DNA of 63,966 nucleotides, the filler included, from Lama guanicoe (lineage: Eukaryota), in the NCBI GenBank assembly GCA_013239625.1. It is 83 parts of 80 records of this genome, joined end to end, with 100 filler letters (N's around TTAATTAATTAA, not from the genome) between each part and the next. Parts side by side here need not be neighbours in the genome. Positions count along the whole stretch, not along the records: positions 62,885 to 63,115 come from MU054022.1; positions 63,216 to 63,427 come from MU054022.1; positions 63,528 to 63,966 come from PNXV01005054.1; 80 more parts are not named here. The stretch is one strand, 5' to 3'. Shown here in pieces: positions 62,885-63,966 of this stretch (the first letter of the stretch is position 1; each line of letters begins with the position of its first letter). The position numbers and the translations under genes are program-made. The notes under the pieces were generated by a model. That model did no database searches, was not told where the DNA came from, and saw only the letters and a list, made by a program, of their open reading frames with translations.

Positions 62885-63115
62885 ATTAAGAGAGTAATTG
62901 AAAATATAACAGGTAAAAGCAGATTTAAAAAACGAAACAAAACAAAAAAAAAAAGGGGTTGTCGGTGTGCTCCTGGAGTCTGTGTGCTTTTAATGTGAAG
63001 TCCTTCTGTCTTCGTCCTGTTTTGGAAGCTCAGTTTGTTTTCATAGGCCCTCCGTTGGCGCCCTCTTCTGTGCTGCTCCCAGCACCTGTGGGCAAGCAGA
63101 TTTCGCCTACTCCTT
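62885..63115 (-). mobile_element. LINE-1 5'UTR fragment, antisense
   Basis: 62955-63113 is a reverse-complement homolog of about 30432-30593, which lies upstream of an ORF1 start. Confidence 0.8.
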
Positions 63116-63527
63116 NNNNNNNNNNNNNNNNNNNNNNNNNNNNNNNNNNNNNNNNNNNNTTAATTAATTAANNNNNNNNNNNNNNNNNNNNNNNNNNNNN
63201 NNNNNNNNNNNNNNNGACACTAAATAACAGATTGGGAGTTGGATTCTTTCCTGTTGTTATCTGGTAGTTTGTAATATTGCACAATTTTTGGTTTTACTTA
63301 CCTGATCTACCTCTGATAATATTTCAAAATGGCACTTTTCAGTCGCTACTTTTTGGATAAAACATGTGTTTTCATTGCAACTTCTTAGAATTCTATGGAG
63401 GTTAATGCCACTGTTGTCCCTGGGACANNNNNNNNNNNNNNNNNNNNNNNNNNNNNNNNNNNNNNNNNNNNTTAATTAATTAANNNNNNNNNNNNNNNNN
63501 NNNNNNNNNNNNNNNNNNNNNNNNNNN

Positions 63528-63966
63528 CTGAAGCACAGATCTAGAGTACAGGCTTAAGATACAGATGGACAAGACATGATAAAATTCATAAAAGAAAACA
63601 TAGGCAAAACATTTTCTGAGATAAATCTTAGCAACGTTCTCCTAGGGCAATCTACCCAGGCAATGGAAATAAGAGAAAAAAATAAACAATAGGGACGTAA
63701 TTAAACTCATAAATTTCTTCACAGCAAAGGCAACCATAAATAAAACAAAAAGGAAACAATAACCTACGAATGGGAGAAAATATTTGCAAATGATACGAGT
63801 AACAAAGCCTTAATTTTCAGAATATATAAACAGCTCATACAACTTAATAAAATAACAACAAACAACTGAATCCAAAAATAGGCTGAAGACATAAACAAGC
63901 ATTTCTCCAATGAAGAAAGAAATGGCCAATAGGCACATGAAAAAATGCTCGGTATCACTAATAAAC
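63528..63966 (+). mobile_element. LINE-1 ORF2 3' fragment
   Basis: aaaacataggcaaaaca, gaatgggagaaaatatttgcaaatga and aatggccaataggcacatgaaaaaatgctc. Confidence 0.92.

Noticed and set aside
466..63483. Regularly recurring palindromic TTAATTAATTAA resembling a CRISPR-like or recombination-site array
   Set aside because: It is always embedded in exactly 44+44 Ns and gives stops in six frames, so it is an assembly linker rather than biology.

Overview
This is not a contiguous locus and not prokaryotic DNA. It is an artificial concatenation of about 83 short (roughly 0.2-1.2 kb), gappy, unplaced mammalian scaffolds. Each is joined by an identical 100-nt spacer, N44-TTAATTAATTAA-N44 (about 82 copies), which places stop codons in all six frames, so adjacency across a spacer has no biological meaning. 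The content is mostly repeats: (i) an AT-rich satellite built on a 7-bp unit (TATTCTA/TAGAATA) with 63/126-bp higher-order structure; (ii) a GC-richer 266-267-bp satellite ('A') plus a diverged ~265-bp relative ('C'); (iii) a 249-bp satellite ('B') plus a diverged ~241-257-bp relative ('D'); (iv) many LINE-1 fragments, ERV LTR/env pieces, MER/Tigger DNA transposon relics, MIR/L2 relics and microsatellites. I recognise two gene fragments: exons 2-3 of a cathelicidin with intact splice sites and all four cathelin cysteines, and a diverged, intron-retaining copy of the last exon plus 3'UTR of ABHD17A. The cathelicidin and L1 3' ends point to a cetartiodactyl, probably a camelid; this is inference. 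I find no evidence of a new multi-gene system. The best leads are the unplaced cathelicidin copy, higher-order-repeat-like organisation and kinship among the satellite families, the diverged ABHD17A copy, and an amplified composite L1 unit. Repeat family names were assigned by eye from remembered consensus sequences, and identities are visual estimates.
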